Below are positions 1 through 12,609 of a stretch of 64,000 nt of DNA, piece after piece. The notes beneath the pieces are model-generated. The model had not been told where the DNA came from, did not search any database, and saw only the letters and a list, made by a program, of their open reading frames with translations. The DNA comes from Balanoglossus misakiensis (lineage: Eukaryota > Animalia > Hemichordata), in contig CM082578.2 in NCBI GenBank assembly GCA_040954595.2, forward strand, positions 8,727,519-8,791,518, given 5' to 3'. Position 1 is the first letter of the stretch; every line of letters starts with the position of its first letter. The position numbers and the translations under genes are program-made.

Positions 1-1241
1 GGTCATGCGACCATCTTCCTCCGGTACGTCGACGTCAAATCCACGATCCAACGGCTGGTTGCAAGCCTGGGTGTTGGCAAATCTGATCACTTCAATACGA
101 TGAATTGATGCTTGCCGTGGGCCATACTGGTAGACTTCTGGTTTCTCTAGGTAGGGACAGGACATCGATTTCCGAAGGAGCAGCTTGGGTCTGGTGACCT
201 GACCCACCGTCTCCAGGAGACCGCTGTCGGCAGCAGACAACTCGATGGTCGGAATCTTGTCTCCAGTTTCCAGGTCGTTCAAAGACACGGCTTTGTCTTG
301 GTCTCCGGTTGGACGCATTTCGATTTGCATGAGTGCGTTGGAAATGGTAGAGGATTCGGCCAGATTCATCATCATCAATTCCAGTGGAGTCGTCTCTTCG
401 GTCAGAAGATCGTACAGAACATCGCCAGTTGGTAGTTGCAGCTTGGAAATTGCCGAGGATTCGACAAGATTTTCCATCATCGTCACCAGTGGAGTTTTCG
501 CTTCAAACAGGTCGTCCAAAGCATCGGCGAACAGAGGCTGGGATTTCTTGTCGCCTTTGCGTCTACCATTCTTCCCAACCAATGGCAGACGGCGCGGATC
601 GACGCTGGACTCTAAGACATTCAAGACATCAATCCCCTCGAAAGAATCAATCTTCTGCTTCTTGGAGTGCCTGGACTTGGAGTGCCTGGACTTCGATTTC
701 TTACTGGCGTCTGCTGAAATCGAATATAACAATGTTGAAATACATGTTGGTAGCGATCATGAATTTGCAGAATATAATGATTATTGCTTTCTTGATTTTG
801 TTTGAAAAATCATATTGACACCGGATGAAAATCTGCGTTCAACGGAACGGTGAAAGATGCTCGATATTTTCAGTTTTATTTCCACGCGTACTTCCCATCT
901 TTCCGTCAAGAGAAATTAATATGAAGCTTAAGTGATGGTCATTTAGTCTAGCGTCTAGAGATCATGATCAAACCCCATATGATAACACACAAATCGAGGA
1001 GTCTACTTCAAGGTGTACACACGCAATAGGGCCTATACTATATGCTACAAAGTGACACGCTGTTCGTACACTACGAAAATCTCAAAATACGCAAAGTTTT
1101 ACACTTACCACGTCGTTTTGGCCAAGTCCACCGGTTGCTTCGAAAGAATACTACAGTCAAATAAGTCATCGTGGTAAAGAAAGTCATGCCCGGCGGTAAA
1201 TCCGCGAAATGCACGAGAGATAACACGAACGGGTCTTCCAT
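1..1241 (-). CDS. 5' part of an unrecognised spliced protein-coding gene (continues beyond left edge)
   Basis: Exon 1241-1109 starts at agccATGG (MEDPFVLSLVHFADLPPG...WTWPKRR) and ends phase 1 at GTAAGT. A tandem acceptor ttCAG-CAG at about 713/710 leads to a minus-strand frame that appears open to base 1 (DASKKSKSRHSKSRHSKK...DVPEEDGRMT). No family recognised. Confidence 0.5.
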
Positions 1242-1806
1242 GGCTGATCGCTCGATGGAAAGTGAGTTGTTTTGTTGACTGGGTTACCATCGAGATGTTC
1301 GAAATTCGGGAAGAGGCACGCTGCACGCACAAAGTTGCCATCGAGACGTTCGCGAACCCGACGCGCACACTTGGCGCGCGCGTTTTTTAGGCGTCTGGAA
1401 CTTTAGTTTTGCCCCTTGACAACATGCTTAGAATGTACAAAGTCACATTATTATGATGATTGGTGATATTAACAGTTTTGGGTGATGGGGTGGAGAGGTA
1501 TTTAAATAAATGTAATAATATTGTCTTTTCAAGTATAACTGGTCAAAATGTTGTTGTATTTGTCAGATAATTACTCGGGTAAATAAAGACAAAAGGGACG
1601 GAGCATCAGCGCAATGTAACATATGCCCCCAAACCAACTAGTCATACCACAATAAAATATGCCACAAAGGTTGACATTCTAGTGAGATAACAGAACTGTA
1701 TATGACCTGACCTGACCTTGGACACATATTAGCTTACAGCTGGTTGCTAACATGCATTGAGTGTGATAGACCTTGTTCATCGCGCATTTTCCACGATTCT
1801 ACAAAA

Positions 1807-4800
1807 ATGAGTGAAGCTGAAAAGCCTGAGGTAACTCGGCAGACGTCCCCAAGTACATCGTCTGGTACTGAAACATCAACTGGCATAAAAGAGGCCGGAA
1901 TGTCTACCAGGTCTCCAGGTATTGCGGGTATTGATGAACTTCCGGTGTTTGAAGTAGGTTGCCGGTGCACTAGCTGTGGTACGCAGCTGTACCGTTGGGG
2001 TCCGTAAGGGTAATCAGCCCCCCCCCCCCCCCTCCTCCCCCCCATGGTACAGCTGCGTACCACAGCTACCGGTGCACATGCAATCTACGATTATTTCGGG
2101 ACAACCGAAGTTTATTTTTGTTTAACAGCACTGTAAGAAAATGTATTACAATAAAATGTATGATATTACTCATTTCCAATTTTCAGATATATATCGCTCA
2201 CCTGCTGTCCGAGTGCCAACTGTTGACCAATTGCAGAAAATTGCACATAAATTTAATTTGAATGCCACCACAGATGAGTTAGAGCAATACAGAGGTAGGT
2301 AGAAACAAATTATATTTCAGGCCTTCTTTACAGATATATAACCCACATATACACTCACTGATTACTTGGCACGGTGACCATATACGCTATACATACATAT
2401 TTGATCGAACGTCTTAATAAAAGAAGTTTAAGTTGGGTCTCTATTTTAAATTTTTGTCTGCTTTTTTACGCCCCCCCCAAAAAAAAAGTGGAATGTTATT
2501 TCAAATTGTCGTACCGGTTCGGCCTAATATCCATGTGTCAAAAATCTGTTAAGTGACTATATCTTCGTTTTCTTTTTAAAGACAATATAGCACGTGCGTG
2601 CACGTCTTTCGACATCGTGGATAGTTTACCAGAGCCATTACTTCCAGTGAAGTATCCGAGAACACCTGGTTACAGACCAAGCCCTGAAGAGAACCCACTT
2701 AATGCATGGTGAGATTTTAACCAATTTGTTCGCTATAATTAATTAAGTTGATAATTTACGACTTTACACAAGTCGGGAAAAGTATGCCACCTTAAATGGT
2801 ACGCGTATACGTTTTTATACTTCATACATCTTCCTCAGAGAATTTGCATTTCTAACATGAACTTCAGCAAATTTATTTCTCGTACGCTGTCATTCCATTT
2901 GCGTTTAGGTATTGGCGTTGTGACATCAAGGGTGCAGACACAGGCAAGTTAGCTGGCAAGACGTTTGCCATCAAAGACAATGTTCCGGTGGCATGTGTTC
3001 CTATGATGAATGGAAGTTACATCTTAGAAGGATATGTACCGGAATTCGATGCAACAATTATTACTAGGATACTTGATGCAGGTTGGTCACATTGGCAAAC
3101 AAGAGTTTTGACTTCTCTCGGGGTGTGAGAACAGCTAGTAAAGCCCTATGTTCGGTTATATTTTCCAATTTAAACATCAAACTGCAGTATGATGACAGCG
3201 ACAAGCGTGCCCGTTCATCACGGTTATTCGTCATCGCAAATTGTAAAATACATTTGTACATGGAATTACAGCTATGGCCGCCGTTTTCTTCGTGTGAGAC
3301 ATCTCATCCCTCATTCTTGGGGATGTTAGAGTCTTACTATTAGACCCAGACAGTAACAACCACATCGTAGTGCTTTCCAGGTGATGACGTCTTTCGTATG
3401 CATATTTGCCAGGTGGTCGAATCCTTGGCAAGGCTGCTGCAGAAGACATGTGTTTTTCTGGAAGCAGCATGACCTCAGCCAAAGGAGCGATCAGAAATCC
3501 ACACAGTGAATGTCACAGTGCTGGTGGCTCTAGTAGCGGAAGCAGCGCTCTGGTAAGAAATGCAGTGGGGTTTATTCAGGCTGATTCGTTATTCAACAGC
3601 GGGTGTCGTGAGCTAGTGTCATGTGCGGTGTATTCTGCTGTACTTTCATTAGCTGCGATCGTGAAAGTACAGCCGCAGAATTCACCGCACCACTCTTGAA
3701 AATAACTTTAGGGCACAGATCGCATGCACTGAGGTCACAGATTTCTGTTGTTATTGCGCATGTTCCCCCGATCAGATTTGACGAAAATCGTAATTCGATC
3801 ATGGCGGTGGTCATCATAAAACATAAGTTTACATTGATCTTATACCTGCAGGTTGCTAGTGGTGCTGTGGACATGGCTATTGGTGGTGATCAAGGCGGTT
3901 CTATACGCCTACCTGCATCTTGGTGCGGAGTGGTGGGTTTGAAGCCAACTTTTGGCTTGGTACCATACACTGGAATCTGTCCTATGGAGGTCACCTTTGA
4001 CCACGTAGGACCTATGACGAAGACTGTATACGATGCAGCATTACTTTTAGAGGTATTTGTTAATAACCAACTCTTCCAGTCATTCTTTTTACAGTAGTTA
4101 TCAGAATGGTCACAAAATGTTTCTGCTGTGGGGATCACACATTATGTGTGCAGTATATTTTCCTTGTTAGAAATTAACTGAAGCTGTTCCGGCGTTTGAT
4201 TTCCAAATATAGCAAACACTTAAATCGAACGCATTCCGGAGATTCAATGGACTATTTTCTCATTATAGGCAATTGCCGGCTATGACAATGGTCTAGACCC
4301 TCGACAGCCAGTTGATTTTGTAGTGCCTGAATATACAAAACAGGTAATGATCTGTGACTTCTAACACAGCAGCATGACATGTAGGAAAGTCCGAGAATAG
4401 ATCCAAAACGTCAATTACACGACAATGTATTGACACAACGACTACAAAGTTTTAAGAAAGAAGTTCTTAAAACAGAAATCCAGGCCTTCATCAATAATTA
4501 TGATTACCCCCCCCCCCGCTTACATCAAATTCCCACACGGTTTGTGCAAAATCTGTTTTAGTTGGCAACAGAGTTACCAGAAATACGTATTGGTGTACTG
4601 AAAGAAGGCTTCGGTCAACCAATATCTGAAGTTGACGTGGATACCATGGTGAAGGCGGCGGCGTTTCAGATGACTTCCCTCGGTGCCAAAGTTGAGGAAG
4701 TCTCTGTCCCAGAGCATACATTCGGTAAAACATATGTTATATTTTCTAAACCCTAGAAATCAGATAATGCGTTTCAGAGTTTCAAACCCGAGATTGCGTT

Positions 4801-6563
4801 TTACCAGAGTAAATGTCACAAGTGCGGATTATGGACTAGTGTTCCTCTAAGTCGTTGTGTGTACTAGTATGTTTAACAAACTGAATTTCCTATTGATTTT
4901 TTTTGCAGCCCTACATCTGAACACATCAATAGGGCATACAGGCGCATTTGACATGATGATTAAAGGATGTGGTACGTAACTCCAAACGCGTGGGTACACG
5001 ATGTTTACTTATATTTCATTTTGTTTGCAAACACTATCTAAATGCATGCACGTCTCTTTGACATCTGTTAACACCTAAAACAATATCTCAATACATACAT
5101 TGTATATTAATGAATTTTAAATACAGAAATAAAGAGAGACCAGGGTTTTTCCATGCTACTTTTTCAGTTATGGACACAATGTTAACCTGTATCACGACGT
5201 CCGCACTGTTTTAGGAGCCTACACCCATCTCGACCAATCAGATCGCTTTTTTGCACCATCAGCATACTGGTAATTTTACCCAAAAAATCACATGGATTAT
5301 TTTCTGTGCTAGATTCACAAGAGCTTTATAATTGTCAAGTGTTGATATTCAGCTACTTTCTCCATTTACTCGTGATAGGTGCTGGTTCACAGTATAAAGG
5401 ATATTATCCTTCCAGTATGGTCAATGCATTACACAGAGGCTTTCGAACCCGAATTAACGACATGTCTCATGTCATGAAGGTATGGATTCATACATTCAGC
5501 GTTTCGGCTAGAGAACTACTCCATGGTAACGTATCAAAGTTTGTAGCATTTTGTGTAGAAACAGAAGAAACAGTTTTCTAGTTCCCGTGGTACCATGTAA
5601 GCTAATGATATGTTGACGTATGGCCGTACAAAAATGAGGTTTCGGGACTGATGTAAACATATCTATAAAAAGGTATGTCCAAAGACGGTGGGAGTTTGCA
5701 TATATGATAATCATGAAATTTGGCGTAAATCTTGCAATATAGCATTGTGTATGACTATACTGTGTAATCTACTATGTGCAAAATGAACGCAAGAGTATAA
5801 TATATGGTACGTCAAATTTTGTTGACTGGCTGTACATCTGTTTTTGTCATATAGCATGTCGTGCTGTTCGGTGATTATATCAAAGAAGAATATGGTAGCA
5901 CCTTTTACGCTAAAGCTCAAAATATACGCATGGATGTCACCAAAACATTTGATAAGACATTTGAAGACTTCGATGTTTTGGTGATGCCCACGGTTCCCTT
6001 CAAAGCACCAAAACTGCCCGAACCAGAAATCAGCATTGAAGGTAAACGCATTAATTATATTGTATGCTTTCCTTTCCTGTAGCCTCAGCTGAGCCTGCTT
6101 ATAACACAATAGTTTAATTCAGCACATGGTATGACAGGTAATTTTCTGGAGAGAACAACTCTAGAACCGGATGATGCTTGGCATAAGTGACGATCGCGCA
6201 GGGTCAAACTCGGTGAATGCAATCTGAAAATGAGACACGGTTGCCATGTGGACCCCAGACAGTTGGGAAGAACCTTGGTTCATTATGTACTTTATCTAAA
6301 TTCCACTTTGTGTTTTACCTTATTTTACAGATTACTTTGAACACTGTCAGTCAATGGGTATGTTCAGCAACACTATGCCTTACAACTTAACCGGGCACCC
6401 GGCTATCACTGTTAACACTGGATTCTCTGACGGATTACCGGTCGGAATGATGATGGTGGGAAGAAAGTTTGATGAGTCCACTCTGCTGAAAGTGGCTTAT
6501 GCCTACGAGAAATTACGTGATGACATTCGCTCAAAGACTTCCCAAGACACTGTCAACAGTTAA
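1807..6563 (+). CDS. Amidase-signature (AS) family amidase, paralog 1 (12 exons, about 560 aa)
   Basis: Exons 1807-1918, 2187-2294, 2582-2708, 2909-3081, 3413-3552, 3852-4052, 4269-4343, 4562-4724, 4909-4971, 5379-5479, 5855-6041, 6331-6563. All GT-AG, total 1683 nt in frame. Catalytic motifs AIKDN (Lys), GGSSSGS (cis-Ser), GGDQGGSIR (Ser nucleophile), and C-terminal [21 protein letters not shown] at 6704. Confidence 0.93.
1971..2068. mobile_element. 98-bp MITE with 9-bp TSD (Mutator-like) in intron 1 of amidase 1
   Basis: Perfect 23-bp TIRs tagctgtggtacgcagctgtacc / ggtacagctgcgtaccacagcta, flanked by identical ccggtgcac at 1962-1970 and 2069-2077. Confidence 0.85.
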
Positions 6564-6905
6564 TGTTTGGTGAATTTTATCAGCAGTTGTTAACTTCTCA
6601 ATCAGGAGGCGAAAGCCGCCTGGGGTCCAGCCTATGACTGTTAAGTTTATATACAAGCTTGCTAAATTAAATGTCGTAGCAACACTTGGGTATGACGTGT
6701 CACAATAAAGACTATTCTATACTAGCTTTCTGGCAATATTTTACTCACTGTCTGACTCAAATGACGGTTGGGAACAATGAAGGTCCAAGTTATAAGCACT
6801 GTCATAGTTGCATTAGTAATGCGTGGTGGTATGCATGCTGGCAGTCTGCTCGGCATTTATTGAGTGTGACTGAATGGTGGTGTACTATACCTCACTTGTC
6901 CTGCG

Positions 6906-7011
6906 ATGAGTCAAACTGGAAGACCAGAAGAAACACAGGAATCCCCCAGTATTTCGCCTACTACAGAGACTTCGCAAGGATCAAACATGACCTGCGTACC
7001 GGCTGCTCCAG
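6906..7011 (+). other. Orphan amidase exon 1 (fifth copy): alternative first exon or relic
   Basis: ATG...CCA G|GTAATG encodes MSQTGRPEETQESPSISPTTETSQGSNMTCVPAAP(G), which aligns with paralog 2 exon 1 [37 protein letters not shown](G). Same phase-1 donor. No exon 2 seen nearby. Confidence 0.8.
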
Positions 7012-7120
7012 GTAATGATAATAGTCCCGTTTCATAAGTCAGGTCCAAGACATATGTACCGACATCTGTGATTGGTCGATCTGGTAATCTTAGGTCCACT
7101 TGCGGCTCGCTGATTTGAGG

Positions 7121-7306
7121 GACCTTGTAGGTTAGGTCTTATTACTATGTATTATTCACTAGACCTTGTAAATTAGGTCTTATTACTATGCATTATTCAG
7201 CTCCCTGATTGGTTAATGTGTAGGTCTGGTCCTCCAGTGTTCACTGCCTCATTATACAGGACCTCACATGTATAGGTTAGGTCTTATTACTATGTATTTA
7301 TTCACC
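7121..7306. repeat. Three direct copies of ttaggtcttattactatg(t/c)att
   Basis: Copies begin at 7132, 7173 and 7277. Confidence 0.8.
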
Positions 7307-7664
7307 ATACCCATGAGAAGAGCGGCTGGAGTGAGACGCGTCTTCTGTTTAACATTGGAACAAAGCACAACAGTTGAAATCTTAACCATGTACGCGTCGC
7401 TATGTATGTCGATCAGCGAGAAAATTCCCATAAAGACGTTGCCACTGTTCCGTCATGTTTATGACTCGTGAATTACAATTGACAGTAAAATGTGATAACA
7501 TCCACGCTATACATCAACAATTACGGAGTAACTTATTAAAGATGTGAAATTATTGTAATAATAAACAAATCACCCTATTGTAAGAATTTATCACTATCGC
7601 ATGAACAGCGCTATGTCACTACACGCTATATATACTTCTGCAAAGATTTCTTCACATGTTCTCC

Positions 7665-10600
7665 CTAAGAAGCCGCCTTTTCATCACGCATCTTTTCATA
7701 GGCATAAGCCACTTTCAGCAGAGTGGACTCATCAAACTTTCTTCCCACCATCATCATTCCGACTGGTAATCCGTCAGAGAATCCAGTGTTAACTGTGATA
7801 GCCGGGTGCCCGGTTACGTTGTAGGGCAAAGTGTTGCTCAGCATATTCAACGACTGCTCAAAATAATCTGCAAAACAATTGGTAAAGTCATTGAGTTTTT
7901 CAATGATTTTTCGGATTTTGATGACCGATTTCAATGTAGCCGTGAGCGTTTAGTCATTTCCATATTTAAGAAAAGTTAGTTGATCAGACTTCGGGTATAC
8001 CGAAGTATACCGAAGTATATTCGGGTATATTATTTGTACGTACAATTAACAACACATATAAGAAAATTTTGGATTATAGATAAGTAAGATAAGTAAGATA
8101 TGAGAGTCTCAAATCATACTTGATCAAATCAATTGTCTAAGGTTAACATCCCTTGCCGACGATTATTCAAGTATTTACCTGTAATACTGATTCCTGGCTC
8201 TGGTAATTTCGGTGCTTTGAAGGGAATCGTGGGCATCACCAAAACATCGTAGTCTTCGAAAGTCTTGTCAAAGGCTTTGGTGACATCCATGCGTATGTTT
8301 TGAGATTTAGCATAAAATGTGTAACCGTATTCTTCGGTTAGATAATCACCAAACAGCAAGACGAGCAGTATGACAAAACAGTGTACGTCTTGTTAACAAA
8401 ACGTAACGTCCCAGTCTTACCGTATTTTTTTTCGGCTAACATAACAAGATACGACACGACACAGAACGATCTAAGCTAGACATACTTTCTTCATTAAAAA
8501 TGACCAGATGTGAAGTCAATATCCTCCTTGATCGTTCTATGTATCACGCATGATTGCAATCCAGTCAGCTGGCGATATCTTGTTAACAGATAAACACAGA
8601 CACACTCACGTACACGTCAATGCAACATTAGCTTATACCTGGAAACATGCGCTAAATGAAGGTTGGTTTTACAATCATATTTCACCAGCCGTTTCTGCGT
8701 TCCAATGCTATATAATTGTGATGCATTACTAGTTTTTGAAACATTCATTTTGAATTTACTAGTACCTTCAAATTGGGAGACATGTCATTAATTCTGGTGC
8801 GATAACCCCTGTGTAAGGCATTGACCATACTGGAAGGATAAAATCCTTTATACTGAGTACCAGCACCTACAATTGAAACATGTAGAAAGGGGAATACTGA
8901 GAATTGGGTACATGATTTTTTGTGTGTGTGAATGCATTAGGAAGTAATAAACTGGCATGAAACTGCACTATATTCCAGTAAAATCACATTGTTTTGAAAT
9001 TAATGTCTTAAGCAAGTTTCGCAGCAAGTCCGAAAATCTAGAGAACCTTTGCGTGTACAAAGGGACAGAAAGCAATACATGTACATCTCGTTAGTAAATA
9101 TTTGATATATGTACTTATTTGGTTCGGAGGACTTACCGCATCCTTTGATCATCATATCAGCTGTGCCTTGAAAGTACGCCATGGTTGTGAATAGGTGCGC
9201 AGCTAGAAAAATGTATATACATGGAAATTATGTATATTGATCGACGGAAGGATAGATGCATGCTGGGATTTTGTCCAGAAAGATTTGTCTCTACTTAAAC
9301 ATCTGAGAATATGCAACACAATGTGAGAACGATCGCGTCTGTAATAGTGTGAATGACGATATTCTTATTCATATATTTAAACAAAATACCCCGACCAGAA
9401 ACAGACATTGTGGTGAACAGCGTTTAAACAACTATGAAACATGTGATCAGGATTTTAGTGTTCAAATAATGACGTCCCCACACGGCATATTCTCACCGAA
9501 TGTATGCTCTGGGACAGAGACCTCCTCGACTTTGGCACCGAGGGTAGCCATCTGAAACGCCGCCGCCTTCACCATAGAATCCACGTCTACTTCAGATATT
9601 GGTTGACCGAAGCCTTCTTTCAGTATACCAATACGTATTCCTGGTAATTTTGTTTCCAACTGAAACAAAACCACAAGTTGCAAAAATGGAAGAAATTGAC
9701 CAAATCAAGTCGGTTATCTTAAAGATTTGCCTATTATATGCTGTTGCGTCTTTGTGGACAATCAACATATTTGAAGACTGAGTTTACATATATTTGTTAA
9801 AAAAGATTTATTCATACCTGTTTTGTATATTCGGGCACTTCAATGTTGACTGGTTGTCGTGGGTCTAGACCATTGTCATAACCAGCAATTACCTACAAGT
9901 AACGAGATAACTTGCGAAGTTTCATGGTTCTAATCAATGTAACATTATAAATATAAGTCAACATAAAATAATGCTGCACATTGGGAAATACCGCAAATGG
10001 AATGAGAAATAGATCTACCCCTTACCTCCAACAGTAATGCCGCATCATATACAGTTTTCGTGATAGGTCCTGTGTGATCAATTGTGTACTCTATAGGGCA
10101 GATCCCAGTGTACGGTACCAAGCCAAACGTTGGCTTCAACCCAACAACTCCAGACCAGGTTGAAGGCATACGTATAGAACCGCCTTGGTCACCACCAATA
10201 GCCATGTCCACAGCACCACTAGCAACCTATATGAAAAAGATGTCATCGATTTATGATTTCTTGTGACTTATGATAGATAAATGCTGAAAGAGTTTAATAT
10301 ACCATACACCTACTGCAGATATCTATGGAGGTCCGTAGTATGATTCTCTATATCAGAATACAATAAATATGCAAATGAGGCATTTTGCGAATCTCGCCCT
10401 CGGAACCTCGGCCTCAAAATGATATGCATATTTACTCTACATAACTTACCAGAGCGCTGCTTCCACTACTTGACCCTCCAGAAGAGTGATCTTTCTTGTG
10501 AGGATTTCTGACAGGTCCTTTGGCCGAGGTGATGCTGCTCCCAGAGAAACACATGTCTTCTACAGTAGACTTGCCAAGGATTCGGCCACCTGTTAAAAAG

Positions 10601-12609
10601 GGTAGTTTTGTACATTTACAAATGTACCTGTATGCACTGTGTTTTTTTCAAAGGCGTATTTCATGTAAAAGACAACATGAGGACCCCCATGAACGATATA
10701 CAATTTCATAAAGTGAGTTCAATGTGTATATGAACTTCCTTTAATGCGGTTGATGGAATAAGGAGCAGATTGAAGTATTTCAAAAATTGCAGCCAGTAAT
10801 GGGGCTCTCGACCAACCCTACCTGCATCAAGTATTCTCGTCACAATTGTTGCATCAAATTCGGGTACATATCCTTCTAAGATGTAACTTCCATTCATCAT
10901 AGGAACCCCAGCCACCGGAACATTGTCTTTGATGGCAAATGTCTTGCCAGCTAACTTGCCTGTGTCTGCACCCTTGATGTCACAACGCCAATACCTAAAT
11001 AAAAATGGAATGACAGCGTACAGAAATAAAACTTGATGGAATTTATGTTCGAAATGACCATTTTCTAAGCAAGTGTTCCACAATGTATGCCGAATTGTCA
11101 CTGCCCTGCCTGTTGTTTAAAGTAATCAACGCAGTTCATTTTGTCAAGAAAATTGGTAAAATCTTACCAAGCATTCAGTGGGTTCTCTTCAGGGCGTGGT
11201 CTGTAACCAGGTGTTCTCGGATACTTCACTGGAAGTAATGGCTCCGGTAAACTATCCACGATGTCGAAAGACTTACACGCACTTGCAATACGATCTTTAA
11301 AAATAGAAAGGGGTGAAATTACCGTCAAAGACATAGTTACAATAAGTCAACCATTTTAAATAAAAGACTTAAGTCTAGACCAACTGACGCATGACAGCAA
11401 GTAATAAACCATTCCGAACTTCACGAGACCCTACGAGACTTTGCGTGACTAGACAGTTCATAAGGGAAGACTTTCTCATGTAACGCAAGACAACAAACAG
11501 CAAATGACCCTACATCCATCTGCTGCGCGTTCGGATGAGCTATTCGACGACTGTGTCCATCAATCACCACGTGTTCACGGTTTCGAACAACTGTACATTA
11601 ACAACTTTTGACATGGCACACAAATTTATAGTTGTTGACACAGCCCCTGCCCGTAACCTAGATTTAACCCTTCAGATTAATTACAATGATTTGTTAGTGA
11701 TACTATCCTTTCGACAATGCTGAGGGGAATTTGGAATTTACGAAGGGATTTATAGTGATAGCTACACAAACAGCTGTTATCTCGATCATCGCAGGGTTGA
11801 GTGTTTGACTTGGTCACGTAGACTCGTAGATGTTGCAAGGCTAGCCCAATTGTAGTTGTACAGGTTCCTCAGTCACTGCACAGTTCTCACCCTCAGGCCT
11901 CAGATGAAACGATGTTCAGTGATGACTAAGTACATTTCTTGCAATGTAATGATAACAATATATTGCCTTTTCGGCTTTTCTGGTGGAAATTGAGGTTCAT
12001 ATAAATGTTTACTCTTCTATGTGGCAATATTAAGTTGCACAGAAGTCAAATTGATGTGCACGTCAGTGGACATAGTCCTCGGGCAAGTTATGTGTGTGTT
12101 AACTGTAAAAACTGGTAAGAAATAGCCTGTGTTACTTACCTCTGTATTGCTCTAACTCATCCGTTGTGGCATTCAAGTTGAACTTATCGGCAATTTTCAT
12201 CAGTTGGTCAATGGTTGGTACACGGACAGCAGGTGAGCGATAGATATCTGAAAAGTTAAAATAACAGAAAAGTCACACACATGCATTTGAAAAGTTTAAA
12301 TATTGAGCAAACGAGGAAGAAGTGTTGACGTAGAGTTACACTAATAGACTATCATAATTAGCCAGGAGATTCTAGACTTTGGTCATTTGCCCCACCGGAA
12401 CATATGTTTGGTTCAGCCAAGTACGGACTGCACCAAGGTTGACCGCACCATTGCAAGCTTGAACACAACTGATATACATGTACCATTTTATAATTACCTG
12501 GAGCTGTAGCAGATGAGCTGGTTACTTTTGTATCATGGGTCGTCTCCGTCCCAGGAGACATACTGGGGGACTCCTGCCCCTTTTCTTCTGGCTTTACAGC
12601 TTCGCTCAT
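7665..12609 (-). CDS. AS-family amidase, paralog 2 (12 exons, about 551 aa; exon 11 acceptor is non-canonical TG)
   Basis: Exons 12609-12498, 12247-12140, 11294-11168, 10994-10822, 10589-10450, 10226-10026, 9892-9818, 9659-9497, 9202-9137, 8866-8766, 8365-8179, 7867-7665. Exon sizes match paralog 1 except exons 9 and 12. Triad motifs intact. The acceptor before exon 11 reads catacTG. Confidence 0.88.

Noticed and set aside
245-818. + strand ORFs of 186 and 144 aa
   Set aside because: Antisense shadows of the minus-strand exon, with no recognisable features of their own.
6604-6622. GC hairpin aggcgaaagccgcct after amidase 1
   Set aside because: No U-tract, eukaryotic context and no SECIS core; not a terminator.
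7121-7306. CRISPR-like spaced repeats
   Set aside because: Only three copies, irregular spacing, eukaryotic DNA and no cas genes.
7988-8030. Small palindrome/tandem cttcgggtataccgaagtataccgaag
   Set aside because: Short intronic slippage product with no supportable function.
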